Virus record (IMG/VR): IMGVR_UViG_3300011868_000001
Location: 64,001-128,000 of that record
Strand: one strand, 5' to 3'
Length of the DNA stretch: 64,000 bases
DNA from: a virus
Lineage: Duplodnaviria > Caudoviricetes
The position numbers and the translations under genes are program-made. Position 1 is the stretch's first letter. The number at the start of each line of letters is the position of its first letter. Below the pieces are notes generated by a model. The model ran no database searches, was not told the DNA's origin, and was given only the letters and a program-made list of their open reading frames with translations. Below, piece after piece: positions 9,156 through 19,163 of this stretch.

Positions 9156-10790
9156 CTATACCTTGTTACTGTTCTGAGCGATGATCGTCAGAATCTCGAC
9201 GTAAGGGGTGTCCAGACGACGACCAAAGCCGGTGTTATCGTTGTACCAGCTCGGATCATCCAGACGGTTGTTATTGACATTGCTTGGATTGGGTTTACCC
9301 ACCGGGCGGCCGGTGGCCTGATCCCGCAAGAACCCGAAGAACTTCTTGATATAGCTGATACTGAGCTTACCATCTTCGGTCATGTGGTTGGCAACGGCGT
9401 CTTCGACGTCCAAACGGTTGAGTACCGTCTGAAACAGGCGCAGCGTCACCCAACCATGTTCGTGCATGTCCAGCAAGGCCGCTTCAGTATACTTACCAAG
9501 CTCTGTGCAAAAGCTCATACGCAGGTGATAACGCTGGCGCAGGTCAGCTGGGGTTTTAGTGCGAATCTCAAATGCCGTGGGCGTGTCGACGTATTCCAGA
9601 TCACCATCGGCAATCGGCTGGTCATCACGGTACAGGGCAAAGTGGATCGGGCTCTGACCTAACCGCAGCAGTTTGTTACCCTGACGCTTGAGGTAAGCCA
9701 AGACCTCTGGGAGGTAGTTGGTAGCCAGCACATCGTCGGCTGAGAAAGCCAGATGCAGATCCTTGGGCTCGAACACGATCATCCAGCTGATAAAGGTCGT
9801 CGTGTACGGCACGATGCTGGCAGGAATCCATTCATCGTAGTCCGGCACCACCTGACCCCCAATCGGCCGTTGCGGAATGCGCGCCAGATAATCGAAGTGA
9901 TCCAGTGCAAACCGATAATCACTCTTGTACGACGGCAGCATCAGCGGGTCTTCGACCTTAGGCTTGACCACCATGAACTGTGGCGAGATCAGTTGGTTGT
10001 GCACCACCTGCGGATACACCACGTTCAATTCAACGGGTTTGCTGTAACTGAACTTGTAGGTAAACTGCACGAGGTAGGCAGGACCTTCTTCGTTCTTTTC
10101 TTCCTCGACTGGCAGATCGAAATCAAACCAGCCCTGAACGCCCAATTGCTTCTCGGCAATGACCAGCAGGGTGTGTTCATCGTCCCCCGCCTGGTTGGTC
10201 AAGACCGTGGCACGCTTGGTGTAATAGCGCTTAAGGTATTCACCTAGGCTCTCACCGTACCCTGCCACTGCTTCGCGCAGGTTGTAGATGTGACTCAACA
10301 GTGACGAGCAGAAGTTCGGCACTGGGAAGTGATAGGTTACCTGATGCAGGTGCGACTGGCGATTGTCGGCCATGCGGACCTTAACGTCATCGCGCCAGAC
10401 CATGGCTTCGGATTTACTCTTAGCCCGGTAGGTGAAGTTCAACTCCATCTCGGTGTTGCTGTAAACCGGTTTGATGTGCACGCCAATCATCGGGTCAGCG
10501 AAAATAGGCTGAGCGTAAGGATGCCGCACTTCGGCGTTGATGACCTCAGAATCCACGTAGGTCTCGCGGAAGGTGACGATCACCCGCTCATCTTGCGCCA
10601 AGCGCAGTGGGCTGTCCTCGTCATTCAACTCAGAGCCCGGCTGGGCGGCCACAGCACTTTCACCACGGATTTCAACCCGTGCACGTTTGTCAATGTTGGT
10701 GATATCAACCACTTTGTCGATAACCGATTTGGCCACCCGGCGGGAGACCGAATCGTAGGTCATCGGAATAGGGATCAGAAGGTTAGGCAT
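9156..10790 (-). CDS. virion structural protein (phiKZ gp98-like)
   Basis: 544 aa; synteny. Confidence 0.6.
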   Translation of the reverse strand: MPNLLIPIPMTYDSVSRRVAKSVIDKVVDITNIDKRARVEIRGESAVAAQPGSELNDEDSPLRLAQDERVIVTFRETYVDSEVINAEVRHPYAQPIFADPMIGVHIKPVYSNTEMELNFTYRAKSKSEAMVWRDDVKVRMADNRQSHLHQVTYHFPVPNFCSSLLSHIYNLREAVAGYGESLGEYLKRYYTKRATVLTNQAGDDEHTLLVIAEKQLGVQGWFDFDLPVEEEKNEEGPAYLVQFTYKFSYSKPVELNVVYPQVVHNQLISPQFMVVKPKVEDPLMLPSYKSDYRFALDHFDYLARIPQRPIGGQVVPDYDEWIPASIVPYTTTFISWMIVFEPKDLHLAFSADDVLATNYLPEVLAYLKRQGNKLLRLGQSPIHFALYRDDQPIADGDLEYVDTPTAFEIRTKTPADLRQRYHLRMSFCTELGKYTEAALLDMHEHGWVTLRLFQTVLNRLDVEDAVANHMTEDGKLSISYIKKFFGFLRDQATGRPVGKPNPSNVNNNRLDDPSWYNDNTGFGRRLDTPYVEILTIIAQNSNKV

Positions 10791-10843
10791 GGGGTGTCCC
10801 CGGATGAATGATCTTTGTCATAAAATCGGTCTAAAGCGCATAA

Positions 10844-10867
10844 AGGAGGAGCCAATTGGCTCCTCCT
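10844..10867. terminator. stem-loop terminator
   Basis: AGGAGGAGCC/GGCTCCTCCT 10-bp stem. Confidence 0.7.
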
Positions 10868-10874
10868 GTTATGT

Positions 10875-12287
10875 TTAGCGGTTGATGGCGACGTAGGCCT
10901 TCATCTGCTCCTCGAGCACACTGGTGGTCGAGTTGATCAGACGCAGGTACGGTGCGCGGCAGGTCTCGGTGTGGTAGTACGCCTTGTCCAGGAAGGTGAA
11001 CATCGAGGTGCAGGCGATATCCAGTGCACGCCACAGCTCATTGGTCATGTGAGCGAACTCCATGTTCACCACCATGCTCCAGAGCTTGTTGTAGCACTCG
11101 TTGGCTTCACGCCAGGCGATCGACAGTTCGCTGTAGTACGCGTAGTCGAAGGTCTTCTCACGCTCAACGGCGTCGATGACCACATCGAGGATAGCCTTCA
11201 GCGCCTTGAGATCGTCAGCCTGACCACCGGTACGACCGGTACGGCGATATTTCACACCCAGCTGGTTCGGCTCGAGCAGGTTGACCAGGTCCATGATCCA
11301 CTCGACGTCGCGGTAACGAGAACGATACCCCATGGAACCGTCGATGAAGGTCATGCCCGCCAGTTCACGACCGTATTCAACGGCCTTGGTGACCGGCAGT
11401 TCCTTGGTCAGTTCCTTGTACAGACCCTTCAGCTGTTCTTCCGCTGCGATACTGTCGCGCGCAACCAAGACCCCAGCCAGGACATCGGCCACGGCCGAAG
11501 AACGCTTGACCGCATCCTCAGCCAGCTTGTCGACACCGTATACGAGCACCTTGTAAGTGTCGTCGAGGGCTTTCTTCAGCGCAGTTTCGGTGAAGTCCAG
11601 GGGCTTGTTGTCCATGGAGAACGCCGAGGTCCAGCTGGCGTCGTAGCGGATCACCTTCGACGGGATGCCGTAGTCTTCCGGCATCTGCTCCATGCGCGCT
11701 TGCAGCGAGGCGATACGCTTGAGCATGACTTCACGGTACACCGCACCACGGCGGGCATTGATGGCCATGTTCTCAAACTTTTCCTTGATCCACTTCTTCA
11801 GCTTGCTGAATGCATTCTTGATGAAGTCGGTCAGGCCTTCCATCGAGGCGGTGGTCAACTTACCGTCTTCGACTTCAAGCCGCGGAGCCGTCTCGCCGGC
11901 TTGCAGGGCAATGGCACCCAGGGCGTTTTCAGCCATCTCTGCGGTGCTGTTGTCGATGCTTTCCATGGAGGCCAGGACGCTCAGCATTTCCATGGAGCTG
12001 ATCACGGTCGATACAGCTTCCTGGACATGGGCGATCTCGCCACGCAGGGCGGCATGTTCTTGCTCATTGCGTTCGAAGTAGTCTTCGGCGATTTGACGCT
12101 GAGTGCCTTCATCGCTGTAGCGCTCTTCTTTCATGTGCTCAAGCACATCTTGTTCGATCTGCTCGGCAGCGATCACGCTCAGGCTTTCGATGGGGCTGTC
12201 GAGTTCGGTGTTGGAGGTCACCGGTTCGTTCAGGTCTTTCAGGTCGCTGAGCGATGCAGCGAGGAGGGATTCGAGGCTGGATTTCAT
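10875..12287 (-). CDS. internal head (inner-body/ejection) protein, phiKZ gp93-97-like paralog family
   Basis: Acidic propeptide with several S-x-E sites (SLE, SME, ASMEG) followed by an amphipathic helix (LTDFIKNAFSKLKKWIKEKF). Confidence 0.75.
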   Translation of the reverse strand: MKSSLESLLAASLSDLKDLNEPVTSNTELDSPIESLSVIAAEQIEQDVLEHMKEERYSDEGTQRQIAEDYFERNEQEHAALRGEIAHVQEAVSTVISSMEMLSVLASMESIDNSTAEMAENALGAIALQAGETAPRLEVEDGKLTTASMEGLTDFIKNAFSKLKKWIKEKFENMAINARRGAVYREVMLKRIASLQARMEQMPEDYGIPSKVIRYDASWTSAFSMDNKPLDFTETALKKALDDTYKVLVYGVDKLAEDAVKRSSAVADVLAGVLVARDSIAAEEQLKGLYKELTKELPVTKAVEYGRELAGMTFIDGSMGYRSRYRDVEWIMDLVNLLEPNQLGVKYRRTGRTGGQADDLKALKAILDVVIDAVEREKTFDYAYYSELSIAWREANECYNKLWSMVVNMEFAHMTNELWRALDIACTSMFTFLDKAYYHTETCRAPYLRLINSTTSVLEEQMKAYVAINR

Positions 12288-12296
12288 GGCAAAACC

Positions 12297-13616
12297 TTAA
12301 TGGGAGGTGTTGAGGGATTTGCGACCGTAAGTCAGCAAGTGGCGTGAGACTGTCAGCAGGTTGGTGGTCATCTGATCGACAGGACCGGTGGCCCAGCTGG
12401 CGTAATTACGGACAAAGCGCAGGACGCTGATGTCGTAGTTATCGCCGTTATTGCTCGTGCGGTTCTGATAGGACTCACCGGCTCGCAGCACCGACTTGAT
12501 CTGACTCTCAATGCGGTTGAGTTTCATGACCTTCTCTTGCGAGTCGATCAGGTCGAGAATCTCGATCACGCGTCGTGCAATGGTTTCTACCTGTTGCCCA
12601 GAGGCAGTCTTGGCAGTACCAGACAACACGTTGCTCTGGTTGACGTTGGTCAAGGCAAACTTGACACCGGTGGTGCGCACAGCTGCTGCAAACCCAAGTG
12701 GATCGGTTTCAGCCAGGGCGCGTTGTTCATTCTCGAGGGTCAGGAAGTACAGGTTCCAGCCACCGATGATGGGCGGTGCTGCCATGGTCAGACGGCGACC
12801 AAAGCGAGGATCACGGTAGACCATGGCCTTGAGTTGACTGGCCAAGCGCTCTACTGGGATTTGCGTGAACAGCTGAGAGACTTCCTTAAGCTTCTCAACC
12901 CCGGTATCGGAGTCTTGCAGCAGGCGCTCAAACTTCTGACCGACATCGATCATGCCCGCACCATAGAGGTTGGTCACGATTCGATACTGATCCAAGGCCG
13001 CACTGACCGAACGGATCAACGCATCAGGGTCAGTGACGATGTTGTCGCCGACGATGAAGGATTTGATTTCCATGCCCAGTTGGACCGTGGGCTGACGTAC
13101 CGTGGTGATGCGGCGAGCCGAGGCATGTTTAGCCAAGTGTTCGGCACCCATGCGCAGTTGTCCACGGAAGGTGGCGATCCGGACCCAGAACTCCTTAAGG
13201 AACTTAAGGACGGCCAAGACAGCGGCGACCAGACGTGCCCACAGGGCTTTCATGCGGTCTTTCAGAGATTCGGTGGAAACCACCCCCATCTCGTGCTCTT
13301 GCAGGGTCGGCAGCAGGTCATTGACACTGATCCCTGAACTACCTACCAGGTTCTCAAAACTGATCACTACGGCCCGTTTGTGGGCTTCTGAGGCGATCTC
13401 GTTGGTGTCGAGGTGAGCAATCAAGCTCTCCAGGGAATCGGTTGCATCGAGCAGTGATTCCAGTTGGGCACGGGCGTTAGACAGATCACGCTCGGCTTCA
13501 AGGACGTCAACGAATCCCTCACTCTCATTGCCCATGACATCAGGCAGTTCTTCTTCAGACATAGCGAATGCTCGTAAAAGGAATGGAGTGTGTAATTCAC
13601 CATAGAATTCGGACAT
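12297..13616 (-). CDS. internal head protein paralog
   Basis: Acidic propeptide, VSTE^SLKDRMKALWARLVAAV; start may lie about 54 nt further downstream. Confidence 0.75.
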   Translation of the reverse strand: MSEFYGELHTPFLLRAFAMSEEELPDVMGNESEGFVDVLEAERDLSNARAQLESLLDATDSLESLIAHLDTNEIASEAHKRAVVISFENLVGSSGISVNDLLPTLQEHEMGVVSTESLKDRMKALWARLVAAVLAVLKFLKEFWVRIATFRGQLRMGAEHLAKHASARRITTVRQPTVQLGMEIKSFIVGDNIVTDPDALIRSVSAALDQYRIVTNLYGAGMIDVGQKFERLLQDSDTGVEKLKEVSQLFTQIPVERLASQLKAMVYRDPRFGRRLTMAAPPIIGGWNLYFLTLENEQRALAETDPLGFAAAVRTTGVKFALTNVNQSNVLSGTAKTASGQQVETIARRVIEILDLIDSQEKVMKLNRIESQIKSVLRAGESYQNRTSNNGDNYDISVLRFVRNYASWATGPVDQMTTNLLTVSRHLLTYGRKSLNTSH

Positions 13617-13629
13617 TCAGCATAAAAAC

Positions 13630-13655
13630 ACCTACCCGACCTAAGCCGGGTAGGT
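13630..13655. terminator. stem-loop terminator
   Basis: ACCTACCCG/CGGGTAGGT. Confidence 0.55.
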
Positions 13656-13676
13656 ATTCCTTACGCTGAAAGAGGG

Positions 13677-14987
13677 TTAGGCGTCGGCCTTCTCTTCTTT
13701 CTTGGCAGCCTTGCCGTACTGCTTCAGCATCTGGGTGCCGGTGGAAGCAGCGGCCTTGGCAGCAGTACCCATGAAGGACAGGTACTGGTGCGAGCAGCCA
13801 GTGGTCAGACGAGCAGCCTTGTTCAGCTTGGCCAGAACGGACTTGGCGGAAGCGACTTCGTCTTTTTCCAGGGAGTCACCGCTGGCAACGAGCTTGTTAC
13901 CGGCCTTGACGACGTCGTTGATGCCTTTTTCGGCAGCAGCGGCGACGGACTTGGCAGCAACCATGTTCTTGCCGATTTCGATGATCTGGTCGGCCATCTT
14001 CTCGATCTGCTCGACGGACATCTCTTCGAACTCAGTGCCGGCCTTGGCACTGATCGACTTGTCACGCGACAGTTTCAGGGAAGCCTTGGCCAGTACTTCG
14101 AGGTCGGTACCGCCCTTGACGTAGGCTTCCGGCAGGGTCAGGTCGAAGTAGTAGCCGCCAGGCAGCTTGCCCTTCATGTCGTCCGGCAGAGCTGCTTTCA
14201 GGTCGACCTTGGCAGCCGCTTCCTTCAGACGATCCGGATGAACTTCGCCCTTGTAGACCGCCTGAATCAGGGGGCTCAGAGCGGCAGTGACCTTGTTGGT
14301 GTACTGCTTGACGCCGACGTCGAAGCCATGGTTGATGGCCGCGAGGGCTTGAGCCGGTACCAGCTTGCCGTCGACAACCAGGGTGTCAGCAGCAGCGGAA
14401 GTCAGAGAGACCTTACCACCGACCGACTTCTGACCTTTGGCAGCCTGAGCGCGCTTCTTCAGCGACTGACCGGCAGCGATCACAGCCGGACCGGATTTGC
14501 CGATGGTGGCGAAGAACTGCTTGACAGCGTTCCAGGCAGACTGGACAGCGTTGCGGATGGCGTCCCAGATCTTGGACAGCAGTTGCTTGACGTTTTCCAG
14601 CGCTTCTTGGGAAGCAACCAGCTTGTCGCCAGTGCCGCCGAAGGATTCGGTGGAGACGGTGAAGTCTGCAGCGTTGACCGGCAGCTTGCGGGTGGCGATG
14701 GCCAGAGCGCGGCTGTGCATGTCAGCAGCTTGCGGACCCATGCCGCCGTCGGCGATGAAGCTTTCCAGGGAGGAGACCAGGCTTTCCAGGCTCTCACCGG
14801 CTTCAGCCAGTTCTTCGACAGCTTCGTCATGCTCGTCGACGCTGGCTTCGTCGCCACGCACTTCTTCGAGGATTTCGTCGACGGCGACGATGGTTTCTTC
14901 GGTAACCGGGTTGATTTCCTCGTTCTCGGTCAGATCAGCCGATTCCATGGAAATGTTCAGAGCGCTTTGCAGGATCGAGTTACGCAT
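13677..14987 (-). CDS. abundant internal head protein paralog
   Basis: ISMES, SLES, STESFGG, ASQE^ALENVKQLLSKIWDAI; strongly biased codon usage. Confidence 0.8.
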   Translation of the reverse strand: MRNSILQSALNISMESADLTENEEINPVTEETIVAVDEILEEVRGDEASVDEHDEAVEELAEAGESLESLVSSLESFIADGGMGPQAADMHSRALAIATRKLPVNAADFTVSTESFGGTGDKLVASQEALENVKQLLSKIWDAIRNAVQSAWNAVKQFFATIGKSGPAVIAAGQSLKKRAQAAKGQKSVGGKVSLTSAAADTLVVDGKLVPAQALAAINHGFDVGVKQYTNKVTAALSPLIQAVYKGEVHPDRLKEAAAKVDLKAALPDDMKGKLPGGYYFDLTLPEAYVKGGTDLEVLAKASLKLSRDKSISAKAGTEFEEMSVEQIEKMADQIIEIGKNMVAAKSVAAAAEKGINDVVKAGNKLVASGDSLEKDEVASAKSVLAKLNKAARLTTGCSHQYLSFMGTAAKAAASTGTQMLKQYGKAAKKEEKADA

Positions 14988-15089
14988 TGAGGTATTGCTC
15001 CACTTGTTTGCAAACAGAAGAAAGAGGTGCAGATGAACCTAGGCATTCTACACCTCTGCACACCATAGGGTGTTTTTTGACCCAAGGAT

Positions 15090-15620
15090 TTAGAGCGCCT
15101 TGGAGTGTTCGTGCCAGTTCTCTGGCAGGCTGCCGGCGATCAGATACAGCGAGTGTACCAGATCGGTCAAACCGCCTTCACGGCTTAACCAGCAGCTGAG
15201 GATGTCGCCGGGTGTGGCGGTGAAGAAACCGGTCAGGTCATGGTCGCGAATGAGTTGGTCTACATTGCGTTCAATGACGTCCTTCGGATGGAATACCAGA
15301 AGGTCACGGTAGTTCTCCAGCGCCATGCGCCGCGGGCCATCGCCTTTGATGAAGGCCAGGGTCGACAGGGTGAAGTCCAGAACCCAGCGCGAGCAAGGAG
15401 TCTTGACCTGCTGGATTAGGATGAAGCGACCATTGTGGGTGAACAGTACTTGACGGGCCGCTTGCAGCACTTCTTGCAGGTACTCAAAGTCCTCTGCAAA
15501 ATCGTGCGTGGTTTCCATGCGATGGTAGAGTCGATCCACCAGCGGCAGGTCCACATAGCCTTGCGGGTGCGCCGAGTGCGTGTCCACCGAGAACCCACGA
15601 TGAGTTTTCAGATGGCTCAT
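15090..15620 (-). CDS. conserved phiKZ-like protein (gp91-like, 176 aa)
   Basis: Synteny within the head cluster. Confidence 0.6.
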   Translation of the reverse strand: MSHLKTHRGFSVDTHSAHPQGYVDLPLVDRLYHRMETTHDFAEDFEYLQEVLQAARQVLFTHNGRFILIQQVKTPCSRWVLDFTLSTLAFIKGDGPRRMALENYRDLLVFHPKDVIERNVDQLIRDHDLTGFFTATPGDILSCWLSREGGLTDLVHSLYLIAGSLPENWHEHSKAL

Positions 15621-15623
15621 GCC

Positions 15624-16526
15624 TTATCGCTCCTGCTGACTGGCGTACTTCTCTTGCATCTTGGCAAGCTTTTCCGCCGTCTTGTTGAGGTACTGTTCGT
15701 ACTTCTCGATGGTGCGCTCAAGCTGAGCATCGTTCTTGCCTTCGGCCTGCAGACGCAGCTGCTCCAGGCGCAGTTGGATGGAACGTGCATCTTCTTTCAG
15801 ACGCTCGTACTTGGCCACCTGCAACTGGGCAAACCAGATACCGACAGCCAGTGCCACGTGCGTCACACCCGGAATGAAGTTGTTCTTCAGCGGATCGAGC
15901 TTGGTGTAGCCGACCTGCGGAACGATCACTTTCTCATCGTCTTCGGCAATGACGATATCCGGGATGGATTCGATCAGTGCGGCGACTTCACGGCTCGGGC
16001 GGGCAAAGGTGGTCAGCAGGGTCAGGAAGGCCTTCTGGTTATCGCGCAGCCAAGCCAGTTCAGGCTTGGGACGTTCTTGACCTTCGGGATGTTCCTTGGA
16101 CACGACAGACGCTTCAGCCACCAGCAGGTAATGCAGCAGTTGCATCGAGTACGAGACGACGAAGTCCATGTAACCGATGGTACGCAGCAGTTCAGCGCGC
16201 TTGTAGGTGATGCCTTCAATGACGATGTCCTGACCGTAACTCTTCTCGGCGATGGTCGAGAGCAGTTCGGTGGTCACTGCCATATTGGCCAGCACTTGAC
16301 GAATGTAACCGAACACACTGAGTTTCGGCGGCAGACGTGTGGCCTTATTCAGGTCAGCTTCGAACTGTTTACCGGCCTTGGACTTGAAGGAGGTCACAGT
16401 GGTCTCGGCGTTCATAAACGCTTCGATTGCCTTTTGCAACGCCTGGGTGTAGACCCGGATGTTCTGTTTCAGTTCATCCTTGGTCAGGGATGTCGCCATG
16501 CGGCGGAGGTATTCGAGGATACGCAT
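15624..16526 (-). CDS. inner-body head protein (phiKZ gp90-like)
   Basis: 300 aa with C-terminal coiled coil; synteny. Confidence 0.7.
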   Translation of the reverse strand: MRILEYLRRMATSLTKDELKQNIRVYTQALQKAIEAFMNAETTVTSFKSKAGKQFEADLNKATRLPPKLSVFGYIRQVLANMAVTTELLSTIAEKSYGQDIVIEGITYKRAELLRTIGYMDFVVSYSMQLLHYLLVAEASVVSKEHPEGQERPKPELAWLRDNQKAFLTLLTTFARPSREVAALIESIPDIVIAEDDEKVIVPQVGYTKLDPLKNNFIPGVTHVALAVGIWFAQLQVAKYERLKEDARSIQLRLEQLRLQAEGKNDAQLERTIEKYEQYLNKTAEKLAKMQEKYASQQER

Positions 16527-16556
16527 TTTCAGTAGTTCCTTGGGGGTGAGGGTGAA

Positions 16557-17972
16557 TCAGATACGACCGGGCGCTTTACCGAGCTGATAGGACTTGAGGA
16601 TGTCCATCAGTTCTTTACTGTCCGACTTGCCAGCCGACTTGATGTCGTTCTTGGTCAGCTTGGTCGGCATTTCGATGCCACGGGTGTAGATGGTCACCGA
16701 TTCCCAGTCCGGATCTACCACCACCATCAGCATGCTGAAGGTATGGCCGAAAATGCCCTGACGGGTCTTGAAATTGTCCAGCGAGCCGCTGATGCGACGC
16801 TCCAGTTCTTTGGCAGTCTTGATGTCCATGACGATGATCGACGAGGCAGTCGACAGCGACGGACCGCCAGCAAGAGCCTGGGCAGCATTGTTTTTGGTAG
16901 AACGGTTGTAGACGGTTCTGTAGTAACCGGTTTCATCGTTCATCATGGCAGCGCGGTGCGCATCGACGCGGTCCATGGCCAGTACGAAGTCAGCCCAGAA
17001 CTTGATCTCACCAGCGCGCCAGGCTCTCCAGCGACTGCGGAACGTGGCATCGCGACCGCCCACAGCGAGGGTTTCGGTCATGACGTCAGACGGCATACCG
17101 GCTACACGCAGACGGATGACCACAGGAACGGTGGCTTCTTTACCGTCTTCGCTGATGGTTACATCGATCACGTTACCAACAGCCAGGTTGTTGATCTTTT
17201 CGACATACTTGGCAGCGTTGGTCACGCCAGTGCCACCATTGGCAGCGTTTTCTTTCTTCCACTCGTCGAGGGCTTTCTTAGCCAGATCGTTGGCATCTTT
17301 GGCAGTGGCCTTACGAACGCCTTCCATCTCACGCTTGAGCTTCTCTTTGAGCTTCTCATCGGTGATCTTGTCAAGGGTCTTCTGGGCTTCGCTGTCATCT
17401 TTCTTTTCACGCTCTTCCAGAGCCTTCCCGATGATAGCAGCCAGTTCCTCGGCACTGATGTCACTGTCCGCTTCCATCGAAGCGGTGGCATTCTGCTCGG
17501 CGATGATTTCATCGATGAACGGTAGACCGAACGACTCGGACTGTGTCATCGATTCCATCGAGGTCAGCATGGTCATGGTGGCGTCGTTCAGGTCACGATC
17601 CGTGGCGAACTTATCCAGACGACGACCGACGGAAACACCATTGATTTTGGCGTCGAGAGAGACGGCAAGCAACCAGTAACCGGTGAACATGTTGTACGCT
17701 GTGTGGACCACGTCCTGGATGAACGGAATGTTCACGGCGCGCTTGTCCATCAGCATAATGGGCTCAACACGTGCAGATTGTGTGAAGCGAACCAGGTCTC
17801 CGGCTTGACGAGCTGCCAACAGTTCTTTGGCAGTCTTGATGGCTGTGGTACCACCATCCTCGGATACTTTAGTCAGCAATTGCTTGACAATAGCCCCACC
17901 GAGCGTGGCCAGCAGTGAGCCGCCGATAGCGACCAGTGGGAGCGCCTCCTGGGAGACAACTTTTTTGTTCAT
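16557..17972 (-). CDS. inner-body head protein (phiKZ gp89-like)
   Basis: FTQSARVEPIML, WRAGEIKFWADFVLAMD; internal SME sites; synteny. Confidence 0.7.
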   Translation of the reverse strand: MNKKVVSQEALPLVAIGGSLLATLGGAIVKQLLTKVSEDGGTTAIKTAKELLAARQAGDLVRFTQSARVEPIMLMDKRAVNIPFIQDVVHTAYNMFTGYWLLAVSLDAKINGVSVGRRLDKFATDRDLNDATMTMLTSMESMTQSESFGLPFIDEIIAEQNATASMEADSDISAEELAAIIGKALEEREKKDDSEAQKTLDKITDEKLKEKLKREMEGVRKATAKDANDLAKKALDEWKKENAANGGTGVTNAAKYVEKINNLAVGNVIDVTISEDGKEATVPVVIRLRVAGMPSDVMTETLAVGGRDATFRSRWRAWRAGEIKFWADFVLAMDRVDAHRAAMMNDETGYYRTVYNRSTKNNAAQALAGGPSLSTASSIIVMDIKTAKELERRISGSLDNFKTRQGIFGHTFSMLMVVVDPDWESVTIYTRGIEMPTKLTKNDIKSAGKSDSKELMDILKSYQLGKAPGRI

Positions 17973-18005
17973 GAACAATTTCCTTCATTAAAGGCGTGGA
18001 GCAAA

Positions 18006-19151
18006 ATGAGCGAGGAATTCAAACTAATGAAACAGGTGCTTGACGTGATAGCCAAGCACGGAGGTTTCGACAGTGATGATGCTGTGATGCGACGGCTGAC
18101 TCGTGAGCAGGGAACCGGTGCACTGGGTGCTCGCTTCCACGATCTGCTTGGAGGATACAATCGTACACAGCAAGGAACTGCGGTGCCTGCAAACACAGAC
18201 ATGCAGGGGCTTACGTTTTTCACACGCCCGAATTTGAACCTGTCATACGATAACGTGATGGCGGTGCGTCAATTGTCCGTTTTGGCCAGTGATAACCCTC
18301 GATCGTACAATCGAATCATTCGGCGAATGCTGTGGCCGGACAGTATCTATTCAGATATTCGTAACGACAATCTGATCTTCGATAACCGTCAAGCGTTTAT
18401 GCCGCTCTTCTCCAATTCCCTGACGAACATGTCAGGCTGGCCAGATTTGACCCTGCATGCCTACAGCTCTAGCGAAGGCATGGCTAAGGAAGTCTGGATG
18501 ATGAACGACAGCATTGCCGAGATCAACGGTCGTTTTGACCTTGACTGCACCTTCGAAAATACCATAGGCGATCCTATACCATTGTCGCTGTTTGCGTGGT
18601 TGCTCTATATCGGCGGTGTCTACATGGGCACCAAGATTCAGCCCGCCGGTTACAGCATCGTGCAAAATGAGATCGACTACATGACCCGCATCTACCGCTT
18701 CTCAATGGATTGGTCGGGGCGGTTTATTCAAAAATGGGCGGCCTGTGGGGCGGCGTTTCCAACCGGTCTGTCCTTGGGTACGTCGTTTAACTACTCACGC
18801 GACAATCCGTATAACGAAGCAAACAAATCCGTGCAGGCTTCCTTTGCCTGTACCATCGCCGAGTACAATGACCCGATCACCTTGTGGGAATTTAACAAGT
18901 TGGTGGTCATGTTCAACCCATCCATGGGTGATGGTATTCGGGAAAAGGACATGGTTATGATTACGCCAGAGGAACGCAAGCTCTTTAACTACAAGGGCTT
19001 TCCGTGGATCAATCTGATGGGCAATAACGAGCTAGAATGGTGGGTAGATCGAAGCGAATATATCGCCGTCACCAAAGGCCAGTTGCGTGAAGGCACCCAG
19101 CTTCAGGCGATCAACACCACCAGCGATAATCTCAACCAGACGACGGTTTAA
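18006..19151 (+). CDS. virion structural protein, tail-tube/baseplate-like (phiKZ gp88-like)
   Basis: GLTFFTRPNLNLSYDN, IDYMTRIYRF; opposite-strand gene pair as in phiKZ. Confidence 0.65.
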   Translation: MSEEFKLMKQVLDVIAKHGGFDSDDAVMRRLTREQGTGALGARFHDLLGGYNRTQQGTAVPANTDMQGLTFFTRPNLNLSYDNVMAVRQLSVLASDNPRSYNRIIRRMLWPDSIYSDIRNDNLIFDNRQAFMPLFSNSLTNMSGWPDLTLHAYSSSEGMAKEVWMMNDSIAEINGRFDLDCTFENTIGDPIPLSLFAWLLYIGGVYMGTKIQPAGYSIVQNEIDYMTRIYRFSMDWSGRFIQKWAACGAAFPTGLSLGTSFNYSRDNPYNEANKSVQASFACTIAEYNDPITLWEFNKLVVMFNPSMGDGIREKDMVMITPEERKLFNYKGFPWINLMGNNELEWWVDRSEYIAVTKGQLREGTQLQAINTTSDNLNQTTV

Positions 19152-19163
19152 TTGGAGACTGAG

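Noticed and set aside
10971-14990. Long plus-strand ORFs (458, 266 and 400 aa) opposite the head genes; likewise 35632..37551 and 51446..53575
   Set aside because: Antisense shadows of strongly codon-biased genes; no SD or motifs
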